NCBI GenBank assembly: GCA_043228905.1
Contig: JBHGNT010000009.1
Coordinates: 15,810,001-15,874,000, forward strand
Length of the DNA stretch: 64,000 bases
Direction: 5' to 3'
From: Azolla caroliniana
Taxonomy: Eukaryota; Plantae; Polypodiophyta
Shown here: piece by piece, positions 27,013 through 39,011 of the stretch
Position numbering within the stretch: the stretch's first letter is position 1
Layout of the letters: the number at the start of each line of letters is the position of its first letter
The notes under the pieces: model-generated
Databases searched by the model: none
Seen by the model: only the letters and a program-made list of their open reading frames with translations
Told to the model about the DNA's origin: nothing
Translations under genes and position numbers: made by a program

Positions 27013-28326
27013 CATTTCAATGTGGATTGCATACCTATGGCGAGAACACAAGAGTGTCCACTTCTATGTGGATGTCTTAGCTATGCTGTGAACACAAGAC
27101 ATAGGGATCGAGGTTCATTGCATAGATGTGATAGGTCACTTATTTGTAGGTATGGGAGTAATGTTCTCATGGCTGATCCTACTCACGTATAAACGATGAC
27201 TCAACACATTGAATTTCTAAACATTATGTGATCTCTCTTTCTTACACTCTTCATTGTAGAGGTCATCCACTCTCTACATTAACATTTAACATATTTTCTT
27301 AGTTCTCTTTCTGCTCTCTGTCACACACATGTAGCTGGAGAGCCTTATATTTGATTACTGTTTAACTTAAATTAATATAATCATTTAGAATCCATGATCC
27401 AAATCATCATTGTTAGAAGGGATGTGTTCCCTCTTGCATTCTCTCAGATTCATTTCTGTACATCAGTCTGCCTTGACTACTAGGAACAACACCATTGCTA
27501 ACTTCAATTTATCAGTGGCAATGAAATTCATAAGACTTGCTAAACATAAATAATTGGGTAAAGTCATATATATCTAACTCCAAGATATGCTGGCCTAATG
27601 GCAGAAGTTTGTATATCATTTCGTTTTTTCTTGGAAGTATTATAGTTTAAAAATCTTGATAGGTTTCATGAACCTCTCAATTGCATTTACAGTGATTTTG
27701 GGAAACATACAAGCAATAATAAATTCTCAAAAAAAATGTTAATTTCGTCAATCAAACTATAAGTAGATTCTTGTTCATTTTGGTCAATCTTTGAAAACCA
27801 AAAATAACACTTGATTGTAAAAATAACCAATTGTTTCCAAAGTGAAACCTTTAAATTTTGGACCTTAGACCCAACAATAGCCCTTTTTAACTTCCGTATG
27901 TCATCTTTCTCACTTCTACTCACAAGAGTTGCACTATCATGAAACATTTACGAACTTACTCATACCGTCTTGATCCCTAGACATGAAATGTAAACCAGAT
28001 ATTACGGGTAAATTCCTTGATTTTAGTCATTTAAGAGGACTTACACGCCTTCTTTATAAGTGAGAATGAAAGCAAACATAAAACTAAGAAAACAAGCTAT
28101 GAAGCCATGAAATCCAAGAAAGAATGAGCAGAAACAGAAAAATACCGAGAGACAGCCAAATTTGTTCATGAAACAAGGAAAGAAAAAGAAATAGGCGGGA
28201 GTGAGCGAACGGGCGAGCGAATGAATGACATGTAGAAGGAAAATAAGAAGCACATACATTAGCAATGCTCTCCAGGGAAGCGATCAACTGTCGATTCTGT
28301 CGCACCCACACCTTGTAGTTCTCCAT
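5875..28326 (-). CDS. PEX16: Peroxisome biogenesis protein 16 (PEX16/SSE1-like), 8 coding exons, 368 aa
   Basis: Exons 28326-28258, 26482-26425, 26337-26112, 26008-25719, 25439-25168, 6277-6210, 6084-6023, 5936-5875. All introns are GT..AG, phases are compatible and the total is 1107 nt. Motifs MENYKVWVRQN, TWFLPDRFSNSEIGTEA, GEWVFILRPLLYVLL..YGSRSWKPW, LYVTRDPFF and C-terminal QSRYCYTSGS* match plant PEX16 as I recall it. Confidence 0.93.
6023..6084 (-). CDS. PEX16: PEX16 exon 7
   Basis: CACAG|A, RYLDGFERTLKPVPLIGTLG, donor G|GTGAAA. Confidence 0.9.
6210..6277 (-). CDS. PEX16: PEX16 exon 6
   Basis: TTGCAG|TTT, FKRRQVLLLLYVTRDPFFRSYTR, donor AG|GTAACT; too short for the ORF track. Confidence 0.92.
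6338..6492. repeat. Degenerate ~77-bp tandem duplication near the intron 5 acceptor
   Basis: GGTATC...AATGGCA.TGAT...ACAACTTAATGA.CTTTTTCAT occurs twice in tandem. Confidence 0.6.
7317..7481. repeat. Fold-back inverted repeat (42-bp perfect core, ~63-bp arms, 40-nt loop)
   Basis: 7338-7379 is the exact reverse complement of 7420-7461; the arms extend imperfectly to 7317/7481. Confidence 0.95.
7397..8796 (-). mobile_element. Internally deleted Copia fragment (family D, copy D1)
   Basis: ORFs 8283..7885 (GAG-pre-integrase/IN, LVHSDVWGPM) and 7793..7569 match 18786-19575 and ~20185-20660 in inverted orientation; most of the integrase core is missing. Confidence 0.9.
8821..9800 (+). pseudogene. 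Decayed Copia gag/protease fragment (Tnt1/Tork-like)
   Basis: EHISTFNGLLNQL, RSRSKSK + zinc knuckle CVKCGHKRHKKPDC, protease TWIIDSSASFH; multiple stops and frameshifts. Confidence 0.8.
9807..10064 (-). mobile_element. Old solo-LTR-like insert, distantly related to the chromovirus LTR
   Basis: TGTCA...TGACA termini. Internal TAGGAGTATCCCTGGATTTTCTAGAAGGTTCT resembles TAAGGAATACTCCTGAAGTTTCTAGAATGTTCC in the 38603-39011 solo LTR. No clean TSD. Confidence 0.5.
10188..14778 (-). mobile_element. Copia LTR retrotransposon family A, copy A1 (decayed; protease deleted; 5' LTR truncated)
   Basis: 3' LTR 10188-10648 with PPT CTTGAGGGGGCA; partial 5' LTR 14455-14778; PBS TGGTATCATAGC (tRNA-iMet-like); gag, IN, RT and RH fragments in Copia order. 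Confidence 0.95.
14775..17834 (+). mobile_element. 5'-truncated Copia (Tnt1/Tork-like, family C): IN-RT-RH plus 3' LTR
   Basis: ORFs 14775..16661 (LVHSDVC, QMDVKTAFLHG, YVDD) and 16633..17502 (RNase H, TKHIEVKYHF), joined by one frameshift near 16640. PPT AGGTGGGAGG; LTR 17609-17834 (TG..CA). Confidence 0.92.
17835..18780. mobile_element. Non-autonomous hAT/MITE-like remnant with an internal AT-rich tandem array
   Basis: The right end reads CATAGATTGAC on the minus strand and both ends have clustered CGAAT/ATTCG subterminal motifs. The left end abuts the Copia C LTR. Confidence 0.45.
17985..18680. repeat. AT-rich tandem array, ~5 units of ~140-160 bp
   Basis: Recurring CATTAA.AAGGGGAC...CACTAATAATATTTTTATAATAGATGTAAAACTTAAAAGTATTTG...CCCACCAAATTTGATATTTTTAT. 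Confidence 0.9.
18786..23075 (+). mobile_element. 5'-truncated decayed Copia (family D, copy D2) whose 3' LTR is interrupted by a LINE fragment
   Basis: PR-IN-RT-RH fragments at 19042-22066; PPT AAGGGGG; LTR starts TGTTAC at 22107, contains three ~47-bp tandem units and probably ends CAACA at 23075. Confidence 0.88.
22321..23040 (+). mobile_element. 3' fragment of a non-LTR retrotransposon (LINE ORF2 C-terminal Cys/His motif plus 3' UTR)
   Basis: RLCQLCHQGVEFKEHYVCHC (CxxC..E..EH...C) is typical of LINE ORF2 C-termini; it interrupts the Copia D LTR. Confidence 0.65.
23076..24504 (+). mobile_element. Decayed Copia RT/RH fragment with 3' LTR (family E)
   Basis: IILCVDNL (degenerate YVDD), FKMTNLG, RRSTSGY, RTKHIEMYYHF; PPT AGGAGGAGG; LTR TGTTGG (24086) to CTAACA (24504). 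Confidence 0.82.
25168..25439 (-). CDS. PEX16: PEX16 exon 5
   Basis: TTAG|GT, ...GEWVFILRPLLYVLLVRHYGSRSWKPWLTSLALD...EEVQE, donor GAG|GTGAGT. Confidence 0.9.
25719..26008 (-). CDS. PEX16: PEX16 exon 4
   Basis: CACAG|A, ASLRFLILHRNGYRMLLDGGET...GPTIP, donor T|GTAAGT. Confidence 0.9.
26112..26337 (-). CDS. PEX16: PEX16 exon 3
   Basis: CCCAG|TT, VASLLGLITTLNQFII...KWSILAAVEAIK, donor AA|GTAAG. Confidence 0.92.
26425..26482 (-). CDS. PEX16: PEX16 exon 2
   Basis: TGCAG|ACT, TVTWFLPDRFSNSEIGTEA, donor G|GTATGT. Confidence 0.92.
26975..27010. repeat. (TA)18 microsatellite in PEX16 intron 1
   Basis: Direct reading. Confidence 0.95.
28258..28326 (-). CDS. PEX16: PEX16 exon 1
   Basis: ATG at 28326, MENYKVWVRQNRQLIASLESIAN, donor AAT|GTATGT. 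Confidence 0.9.
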
Positions 28327-28336
28327 GGCTACACAG

Positions 28337-28338
<2 letters not shown>

Positions 28339-28387
<49 letters not shown>
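28339..28387 (-). promoter_or_regulatory. (GA)~24 tract just upstream of the PEX16 ATG (GAGA-element-like)
   Basis: Perfect dinucleotide run ending 12 nt before the start codon. GA repeats near plant TSSs are BBR/BPC binding sites, but function here is inferred. Confidence 0.6.
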
Positions 28388-28389
<2 letters not shown>

Positions 28390-30199
28390 AGTCTCCTAAG
28401 TCTCCTAAGCCTCTAATCTTAAATGTATAAAAGCAAACATGTTTATACTTGGCCTTCTTTCTAAGCATGGTATAAAATTTTAGACTTTGGGTGGGCAGGC
28501 GGGCGAATGGATGGAATGGAAGGAAGGAGGGCGAGCGGGCAGATGCAATTCACGCGCACTGCCATCACCTCCTCCTGTCATTCTTCTGTTCGTTCCCAAT
28601 CCTTACTCTGCCCACACACGTAACCTTCTTCGGCATTACCTTCACATCTTCTACGAGTTATGCCCTTGTAATCGCGATGGATACCCATGGAATGCGGGAT
28701 TTGGCAGAGTCGAGTTCATCGATGAACCGGATATCATGCGTCTCATCGAATCTTGGGACCATGACACTCTGGCGGATTCGAATGTTTGAGCAACTACAAT
28801 GTGCACTCCTTGATAGTGGGCGAAAAATTCAAGACAATGAAGAGGACATGGAGGGGTGGCATGTTTGATTAAGATGGAATCAAAGAAATATGTGATTTTG
28901 ATCATAAAAAAATGATGAACATATATGCTACATAATATGTGGCTTAAAATAAAAACCCCAAATTACATGCACACTTTTGCAAGTTGGATGTGACATTCCT
29001 TGTCAAAATTCTACCTATAATTATGTTGGTTTCAATAGAGATAAATTCTTTGTTGGTCTAGAAGATGACAGTGTTTATTTCAAAGCCGACTTGGAGAAGT
29101 TATTGTCTTTGGTAACATGGATGCTTAGACAAGAAGTTTACAACCTGGTGTGTAACAATATTTCATCCTATATATCTCAAGGAAGCAAAAGGATTTGCAA
29201 TTGTATCCATATCAATTTGGGAAGTTACTCTAACAATTGCGCAACAGTATCAAAATGCTTATTCCAAATGATGTATCCTTACAATCGAATACTAATGGTT
29301 TTACATGTAGAAAACTCATTAGAAATAATGTGATACTTTCCCAAACTATTTGGATCACATACACATATTCTCACTTCGTGAATGTACACCGAAAGGTTTG
29401 ACTGTGAGAAGATCATTGAAGTTATTTACCCATATTTGAGCATAGACATTAAATAGACACCCATGTATTCAAATATGGTTGAGGATATATTGCAAATGGC
29501 AAAGTTACAACATGGTGCAATACTAAAATACAAACGGGGAGTTTTCAAGAAAGTCATTTTCTAATGCACAAACAAATGTTTTTTGGCCAAGCAATGTAGT
29601 TCAACGAAAGAATGCCACGAACTTGAAAGTACCTTATGAGTTTGGATGTTCTCAAGGATAAGTAGAAATATCAAGAGCAATTGCATGAGTATAAAAAACA
29701 TTCAAACAAAAAGAAGAATATGGGAAGTTGCTCAACAAATTCTCTAAACACAAGGGAAAACAAATACATGTGCTAAATTTTGGTGAAACCTAAAGGGAAA
29801 ATGTGTTCAGAGTTGTTGTAATATAACTCTTATGGACTTGTTTATGCATTGGAAGAATTTAGATGAGTAATTAAATGTTCACATATGCATCCCTTCTTTA
29901 TGATTGAAGATGTATGCATAGGGCTTAAGAAATTGTTGTCTCAGAAGAAACTTTCACAATTAATAATATTCCACCAACTAGTTTGAACCGTCATATTTCC
30001 AAACTTCATTCCTGTATTCTCAATAAATCATGCCATCATTTCCATCAAAGGTTGTACACATCATAGTACATAAAATTCGTGTTCGTCTGCCATAACATTC
30101 ATCAATACCTTGGTTTTGCATTCTCAAAAGCCTCTCATCACCATCTTCTTTGTTGATCATATCTAAAGTTAGTTCAATAAGACATAATCTCCTTCCCTT

Positions 30200-31110
30200 T
30201 GTACTTCTAATGAGACAATGATTTGTATATACATATATAAACCAAATTCTCAACATGAGCATGAGTCAATCTATTTCTTCTTTTTGTATGTATCAATGAG
30301 AATGTGCTCCAATTTCTTTCACAAGAAGATACACATGAACCTTGAGAAAGCACACGAATTGCAAGTCTTTTTAAGTTTGGAGTGCATTCTCCAAATGTTT
30401 CCCACCACTTAATTGCATCATGCTTTCTAGTTGGATCCTTTGCCATAGGAACTTGAAATGTACTTTTTTTCTTGAGTTCTATAAGCATAGACTTCATCCA
30501 ATAAAACACCACATATATGTACATCACCATTAGTAGAACACATAATAGTTTCCACCCAACTTGTATTGACCTTGTCATCACAATCTTGAATTTTTTCTCT
30601 CCGATGGATGCAAAATAACGTCGGTTGCATGCAATGGTGAGTGTAGCATAATGGTCCATATTTACATACACATTCCTCTAATTTCATCAAGCATTATATG
30701 TTCTACATATTCAATGTGGTTTATTTCTTCTATCATACATTGAGTACATTCATGAATTAAACCCATGGTTGCACCCTCTCTCTTCGAGAATTGAAGAACT
30801 TTTAGGATTGGCTTGCATATCTTTATTGTCTTCTTTATATTTGCCCAAAACGAAGCATCAAGTATAATCAAAACTATTTATTCACCTTGTTGTGTTTTTT
30901 GTCCTTTCCATTGATACCATTGTTCACTAACCACCATCCTTCTTAGCCATGACATTAATTATAGGTCCATTCTTGGTATCTGACCAACCATCATCGACGA
31001 TAGTACATCCAACAATAGTCCATTTTTCTCTAATTCGCATAATCTCATTTTCAACATGTTTCATCTCTTCATTCAAGTGCCTTCTACGTAATTGATTAGG
31101 AGATGGTAGG
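30200..31110 (-). pseudogene. hAT transposase pseudogene, central and C-terminal part (DUF659 plus dimerisation domain)
   Basis: LPSPNQLRRRHL..KWTIVGCTIVDDGWSD (31110-30960), FWANIKKTIKICKPILKVL, WWETFG..PNLKRLAIRVLSQ..SSCERNWSTF. Confidence 0.88.
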
Positions 31111-31675
31111 GTTTGAAGCTAACTAGGGAAGGCTGGGCGGAACAACTAAATCCACATGGTCATGGATGTATAATGCAGGGTGGCAGTGTACTCAAATGTG
31201 TTGGAGTGAAACCTGGTACAAACTCTGGGTTTTTTGAGGAGATATGTATGTTGGTGGCGTGCTTCTTGGTCTGGCACATTTGGACCAGACGATGTATGTT
31301 TGTTTTTCAGCAAAGAAAACTCCCAAGCGGTGAGGTGTTGCTAAACATTTGGTTCGAGCTGGTATCTTGGCTACGCGGACGATACAACTAGATTGAAGGG
31401 AACTCAGATGAAGCAGAAAGGGCTTGATCAAAGTTTTTGCTGAAATGGGGTCGTTCTCCTATGATGGTAAAATCATTGTCAGGGCCTAAATGGAACTACC
31501 AAGCACCGAGATGGTTGTTTCCGCCTATGGCTTCCATTAGTGGACAGGAGATGTAAATATGCGGTTACCATGTAAAAAGAGTTAGCGGGATACTTTTGTT
31601 GTAAATATCAAAGTGGGGATTATGCTTAGTTTTGTGTGGAGTCGTGTGAGTTTTGCTGATTATGGTTGAACTTTG
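31111..31675 (+). mobile_element. L1-like LINE 3' fragment (probably continues at 53980-~54025)
   Basis: LVWHIWTRRCMFVF resembles the plant L1 ORF2 C-terminal W.IWK.RN..IF motif; the ORF ends near 31556. Confidence 0.65.
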
Positions 31676-34600
31676 TGTTGAGAATCAAGCTCAACATAGT
31701 GCAACATGTGAACACACCTTTTGAGAATCTATGATTACTCAAAGGTCAAGAATCACACCACTACTCTCTACACATTAACTACGTGTCATAGAATCATATT
31801 CTATAACACAACTAATGAGTTACATATTCCCCATGACTATGAGTCTTCACATTCCCCAAGAGACAGTGGTTGTTGTAGTTAGTTAATGAAGAGAGTGGGT
31901 GACTATATATAAAACACCCTTCTCCTACTTCATAGTAAGTCGGTTGTGACTCCTTGTTATGCTACATTTTTGTAAATCTTATTCTACTTGTGAAATATAC
32001 ACCTTCTTCTTGAGTATTCTATTTTTCCTCTCATTTATCTATCTTGAGTTATCTTTTCTCTCCTATCTTTTTCTCTCACACATATACGCACAAAATGCAC
32101 ATCTATTCTGTTGCACAAGAATCACCATCGATTCTTTACATGGTATTAGAGCGATTTGGTAGCTCGATATAGCCCACTCGCCTCATCGTGATCGTGTGTT
32201 GTGATCTAAGTCAACGTTCAAGATGAACCGGCTCATCGCTATCGTAGTATCCTACATAGCTCGTGTTCGAGAGAGAAGGAAAAGAAGAAAGGAAGCTTAA
32301 TCGACAATGAATACTCAAATGGGGAGTGCTCTCCCTAGCGAGAAGTTGGACCAAAACAACTTCACATATTGGGAGTACAAGATGCACCAATACCTTGTCG
32401 GCCAAGGCTATTAGGGTTACATCAAGGGAGCACAAGAAAACCGACCCAACGCGAAAGACACTGACTACGAAACATGGGAGCAAGCGGCAAGCCGAGTGAT
32501 GTATTGCTTGGCGACATGTGTTCACGACCACATGCTCGACTACATTTGAGATGCCGAGACGTCAAAGGAAGTGTGGGAGAATCTACGAAAGATTTTCGCC
32601 ACCAACACAAACGCGAGAAAGCTTCAACTCTGCCAAGAGTTGAGCAACATCCAACAAAGGGATGTCCATCACAAGCTACACCTTGAAGATCAAGGAGCTT
32701 TGCGACTCGCTTGGCTCGATAAGCGTCAATGTGGACGATGATGAGATGGTGCAAATATGCCTTGGCGGCCTTGCACCACGGTTCGGTGCGATGAGGACTG
32801 TCGTACTAGCACGGGAGAACCTGCCCTCCTTCTTTGATCTTCAATCCATGTTGGTCGAAGAAAACCATGTTTGAACAAGGAGGAACGCCTCGGAAGGCCA
32901 CATGCTTTACTCTCACTCGGACGGAGGAAGAGGATGCGGATGTGCAAGAAGAGGCTGATTCGGCCAAGGACGAGGCGGACGAGGCCCGAGTTACGAAAAT
33001 AACTCTCAAGTACGACAACAAGACGGAGGCCATCGAGGAACCTTTGGAAGAAGGGGGAGCCACCATTTTGGTCTGAGCTGACAAACCTCGATCGAATGTG
33101 GATATTGCAGCAAAATCGACCACCACGAAGAAGCGTGCCGAAAGAAGATTCGTGAGTTAGCTTCCACTAGTCAACAACTAGCCAATTACGTTACCAATTC
33201 CGACGATGACGATCGTGGCGGAATGTTCGTAATGAGACATAGAGCAAATTCTATGTCCACCTCTACTTCAATTAGTGCCCCTGGTTCGGAAGAAGTATGG
33301 TTCGTCAACTCCTGTGCTTCGAATCATATGACATCTCATCAAGAATGGTTTCGAGAACTTCGAGAGCCAGACCAACCCCGCTATGTCGAAACGAGAGATG
33401 ACACTACGCATCCGATTCGACACATCAGCAATGTCCCATTCGGCAAAGAAGGTAACCAAAATTTTATTAAAAATGTCTTGCATGTACCAACCATTACGAA
33501 GAATTTGGTCTTTGTCGGCCAAATTGTTGAGCAAGGGATGCAAGTACGATTTAATCAAGGCGGTTACTTCATCGAAAAAGAGGGCTGACTCATCGCTCAC
33601 AGACGAAGAGAGGGCCGAATGTTCATTCTTGACTCGCACAAGATGAAATAGGCCATGTTCGCAAAGGGCACAAAAGCCGATTCCGACATAGAGTTATGGC
33701 ACAAGTGGATTGGCCATATCAACCTCCAAAAGCTCAAGGCAATGCAATCGAAAGGAGTCGTCATTGGGCTCCTGAAATTCACTGAGAAAGAGATTGAAGG
33801 CGTGTGTGCCGCTTGCCAATTTAGCTGTTACCCGGCCGACAAGAAGGCTTAAGGATGTCCAGACCAGAGTGTGAAAGGAATAGTTTATTCAGGAACTGTT
33901 GTAATTATTTTATTAATATGGACGGACGGACCGGAATCGGTATGCCGATCCGGATCCGGACCAATTCCGAATAGGTGCCGGTTGGCACCGTTTTGTACTT
34001 CGCACCGGTGACCTATATAAAGGCCCGGTTACAATGTAATTGACAATGGATAATTAATAGAACTTATTGCCTTAACCTTCCAGGATTGATTACCGTTCTG
34101 TACTCATTGTTATATCTTACGCGTGTAATGACGTATTGCTAAGTAGCTAATTAAGGTCTAATTAAGCGTTGTGTCGTAAGTCATCTTGCCGTAACACCCT
34201 TTGGTGAAGTGTCTTAAGTGGACCTTGTGTTAGGCTGTTGTCCGGCCCTAGGATTAAGACAGTTTTTGGCGACCACGATTCCTGCACAATCGCAGTGAAC
34301 AGCGGCGGGAATGGATGACTAGGCCAACAGACGACCCGGTTACGGAGAGAGCACGAAGACTTGTTGAATGGTGAAGGTGGCGAGAGGCTTTCCAGCAAGT
34401 AGCGGAAGAAATCCGATCGGATTGATCATTTTCCAAAGTGATCCGAGAAGTGGCGGAGGAGTCGCTCCGTCTGCAACAAAACGCTTACCCGGACGAAGGA
34501 AGCAGCTTAAGTAGCCTCCGGAAAGCGGAATCCCTTCTCCAGGACTTGGCCTGAAGAGACGGTGAATCCGAAGCATTTTCAGCGTTGGAATCGGATTCAG

Positions 34601-37600
34601 AAGGGGGTTACAGCACGCACACGAACTATCGCAGCAGTAACGACACCCCAGGAGGACCGGAGGACGAGGAGTCGGATACATTACCGACACCGGAACCAGA
34701 ATTGTCAGGCCGGGAACCTCCGGCACTAGACGTGGAGCAACCTCTAGAGATAGAAGAAGACAAAGAAAGACCTCCGACACTGGAAGTCGAGTCAGCAACA
34801 CCAAAGGAAGACCTGCAAAGACCTTTGACGCCGACGGAACAGCAGGAAAGACCATCGACACCACCAGCCCGCGTACCGACACCGGACGACGACATGCCGT
34901 TCCAGTACTCCAAGTATAGGGATGACCTGGACGTGGAGGCTCATGTTCACGCGTTTCAACAAACATGGGAGGCGAACCATGTGTCACAACGGTTAAATGC
35001 GGCCGAAGAGGAACGATCTAAGATAGTCGAATTCGGCGTGACATTGGAAGGACCAGCCGCCAGATGGCACCGGACGCAGGACCCCAGCACCATCACCACC
35101 TTTGCGGACCTTAAAGATAAATTCCTGCAGTTCTTTCAGAAGGAGGTGGACTAGAGAGAAATGGTGGGCCTATTTTATACCATCCGGCAGGACCCTAGGG
35201 AGAGCATTCCGCAGTTTGTCATCCGGTTTCAACGGATGCACAGTCAGCTTACCCGAACACCTCCGGAGGAAGAAACACGGGCTATATTCTTAGCCGCGCT
35301 CTGGGAACCTCTACGAACGGTATGCACGGTCATCGACTTTCGCACAAGCACCGTCGACCAGGTCATCGACCGGGTTAGAGAAATGGAGAAAACGAGCTCT
35401 TGCCTAACAATGGGAGCCCTCCAACGAGCGTTACCAACCGATGAGGATCTCCGGTTCTGGCAAGCAATCCAATGCACGACTTGCTTGAATTCCGGACACT
35501 CGGCACTGGAGTGCACCATGCGGATGCACTGCTTACTTTGCCAATCTACGTGCCACATGATGGACCAGTGCAAATATAACTTATTGAATTGGCAAGCACC
35601 ACCAGTCCGGCAAATCGAGCCACGTAGCAGCGGAGACGAAGAAGACGAACGCTGGCGGCGAGAGGAGCGATATCGACCGACACAGTATGTCCAGTACGAC
35701 GATCGACGAGACAACTATGACCGGTACGAGAGATATGAAAGGTACCGAGATTACAATGGACGATACAAGCATTACAACCGGGATCACTCCCCCGGGTATC
35801 ACCAATGACGGGAAGATTACGGGAGATATGACGACCAATCCCATCAAGGGTACCACAACAAAAAGAACTTTAATAAAAAACGACATTTCAAAAAAGGGAG
35901 CCACCCACGTGAATTGGAAAAAGGTGCCTCAAGCAACCAACTGGACCAAAGCCCCGTGGTTACCACAGGTCCTCCACCGAGCACAAGAAACAATGCTGAA
36001 TCCAACAATACCCGGAAAGCATATTGCTATTATTGTCGGCAAGAAGGACATTATAGTAATCAATGTCCGGCAAAGAGCTATGACAAGCAACCGACAGTAA
36101 ACATGGTTGTCGCCGAAGTCGCAGACCTGCAGCAGGTTACCACAAGGTCGAAGGGCAAGGCGACGGAATGGGAGACACAAGCGGCCATCCGGAAGCAGGC
36201 AATGAAAAAGGCAAATGAGCGAAACATAGCAAAACTTGCGCAGCAAAAGGAGAACACCGAAGAGCTCGCCGACGGTAGTCAGACCGAAAATGCGACATGG
36301 CAGGCATTTCAGGAGTGCCAAATCACGCTGCCATTAGGATGGCTCCTGCAACTAGTACCCAGATTCACAGAAGGACTCAAGACAGGCATGACGGCAGGAG
36401 AAACACCACCGGCACCAACATTCTTCTCAAATCTGGAGGAGGGACCGACGGTGGTAGACACAAACAGTCCGGCGATCACAGCCATCGTGAAGAGAAAGGG
36501 TTACTCAGAACAGTAATAGATGGAGGATCCGACGTCAATGTGATTAGCGTCCGAACATGCACAACCTTGGGAATCCAAGAGTGGGAACCATGCCTGTTCT
36601 GGCTATGGATGGCGGATACAAGCTCAGTGCGACCGACCGGCTTGATACGAGATTTGGAAGTAACAATCGGCGGCCACACATTTCACATCTCGGCAGTAGT
36701 GCTACAATTACAGGCACAAGGAGCTTACCCGCTATTGTTGGGGCGGTCGTGGCTAAAAACGGCGCACATTAAACAAAACTGGAGGAAGAATATAATCACC
36801 TTCCGGCGGGGAAAAGCAAAAGTACGGGTATCGACACAACCACAGACGGGTACCGGGAAGGAATTGACACCCCTATATGCCGAATGTGTCAATATGTTGG
36901 ATGGATTAGCAGACGAAGAGGTGGATCAATACTTGCAAGATAATCCGAAGGTAGTACCTCTGTTCGAAATCGACGTAGCTGAAGCCATATCACCATACAT
37001 AGTCCCACTGGACGGAGCGGACGAAGAACCAAATAAAGAAGTGATCCGGGAGCTACGACAAGCACAAGAAGCACTGGAAAGAGAAATGGCCGTATCACAA
37101 CGGGTTAAAGCATCCCAACTAGAGGAGGTAAATCTAGGAACTATGGAAGAGGCGAGACCGGTGCAGATAGCCAAGGAAATGACTACGGAGAACAAAACGG
37201 CGATGATTACACTTCTCAAAGAGTTTCGGGACGTGTTTGCCTGGTCCTATGAGGATATGAGAGGGCTCGATCCTCAACTATATCAACATCAAATACATTT
37301 GAGCAAAGACGCCAAACCGGTAGCACAACGACGGTACCGAATGAATCCAAACTACGCCGCCAAAGTCAAGGAGGAAATCAACAAGTTGCTGAGGGTTGGC
37401 TTTATCCATCCCGTAAAGAAATCTACATGGTTGAGCCCGATAGTAGTCGTACCAAAGAAAAACGGCAAAATTAGAGTATGTGTCGACTACCGGGAGCTTA
37501 ATGCGGCGACGGTAACTGATGCATTTCCACTTCCATTTAAGGATGGAGTTTTGGACGCAGTCGCCAGCCATGAGGTATACAATTTTTTAGACAGATTCAG

Positions 37601-38602
37601 CAGATACAACCAGATCCGAATGCACCCCGATGACCAGGAGAAAACGACTTTTGTCACTGAATGGGGAGTGTTTGTTGCCGTAGTGATGATGTTCGGACTA
37701 AAAATGGCGCCGACAACGTTCTAGAGGATCACCATGGAAATATTCAGAGAATTCATACCGACATTCATGCAAGTGTTCCTCGACGACTTTGCCGTTTACA
37801 GCTGGGAAGGAGACCACCTTCAGCACCTCCGACTGTGTCTAGAAAAGTGTAGTGTCTAGAAAAGTGTAGCTACACCACTGCATGCTGCGGTACACCGAAC
37901 ACCGTTCCAGTGGACCGACACCGAAGACAAGGCGTACCGGGCACTCAAAGTTCTATTGTCGCAAGCGCTGGTAGTGCAACCCCCGGATTGGGCGAAGGAA
38001 TTTCATGCGTTCGTGGATGCGTCCGACATTGCAATCGGGAGTGCGCTGATGCAACTTACGGAGCCAAGATGGTACTGGCCCGTATATTACGCAAGCCGGA
38101 AGTTATCCCAAGCCGAACGAAATTATTCCACCACGGAAAGGGAAGCTTTAGGCATGATCTACAACGTAACAAAATTCAGGCATTATTTATTGGGAAGAAA
38201 GTTTTCCTTCCATGTAGATCATTCGACACTCCTCTACCTAGTGTCCAAAGCGTCACTTACCGGTAAGTTGGCCCGGTGGACTTTGCTATTACAGGAATTC
38301 GAATTCGAGATATTCCACTGACCCGACATACAGCATGCGGTAGCAGATTATTTAAGCTGGTTAGATTCCGGCGAAACCGACGACGGAGTACCAGACGAGT
38401 TTCCGGATGCTGAGCTATTTCGAGTCACCACGGAAACGACAACAGATGAAACGGTGGCACCAGAAGATAAGTGGCTAACAAATATGCACCAATTTCTGAG
38501 CACCGGATTGCCTCCGGAGGAGATGAACCGGGACGAGAGGAAACGCCTGGCGGTATAAAGCCGACACTTCTATTTATTACGGGACACGTTATACCACAAA
38601 GG

Positions 38603-39011
38603 TATCAGGAACAATACTAAGATAGAGAAGGAATTAGTACTAAAAGAAGTATTAGTACTAAGAGAGGTGAAGGACTCTCGAGAGAAGGAACGAGTGAGTG
38701 AGAGGGAGGGAGAGAGAGATGATAAGAAAAGATATATATTATGTGAGGAAAATGTACAGTAGCTAGGAGGCTTAAGACTGGCATTGAACCGATTTGGTTC
38801 GAAATAATGCCTTGTGCCTCCTTTTATAGTGTTCTAAGGAATACTCCTGAAGTTTCTAGAATGTTCCAGAGAAATCTAGAATATACATCAATTTCTATAA
38901 TAAAACATAAATGAAAATAATATTCTACGTATTACAATGTATAGTCTAATGGTCAAGAGCTCGACCCATGTAGCATAAGGTCGTGGGTTCGAGTCTTGCC
39001 ATATCATGACA
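38603..39011 (-). mobile_element. Solo LTR of the chromovirus family (older variant)
   Basis: Perfect TSD AAAGG splitting the host codons YHKG|VDGIWR; clear homology to the 55537-55973 LTR. Confidence 0.95.
38942..38999 (+). promoter_or_regulatory. tRNA-like type-2 Pol III promoter module (A box and B box) in the chromovirus LTR, antisense to the element
   Basis: A box TAGTCTAATGG (38942), B box GGTTCGAGTC (38986), T8-to-G53 spacing 45 nt. Also on the minus strand at 43156-43219, 47800-47863, 55537-55600 and 60781-60844. Confidence 0.55.

Noticed and set aside
28259-28468. Overlapping uORF with an (ER)n tract ahead of PEX16
   Set aside because: It is a translation of the GA microsatellite, and its ATG may lie upstream of the TSS. 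No supporting evidence.
28487-29333. Divergent host gene upstream of PEX16 (ORFs 28487..28789, 28491..28868, 28977..29333)
   Set aside because: No recognisable domain (GFGRVEF is only weakly RNP1-like), near-cognate (non-ATG) starts and no exon chain I could assemble.
38935-39005. Functional tRNA gene
   Set aside because: A and B boxes and a T-arm are present, but there is no convincing anticodon or acceptor stem. Reported only as a tRNA-like module.
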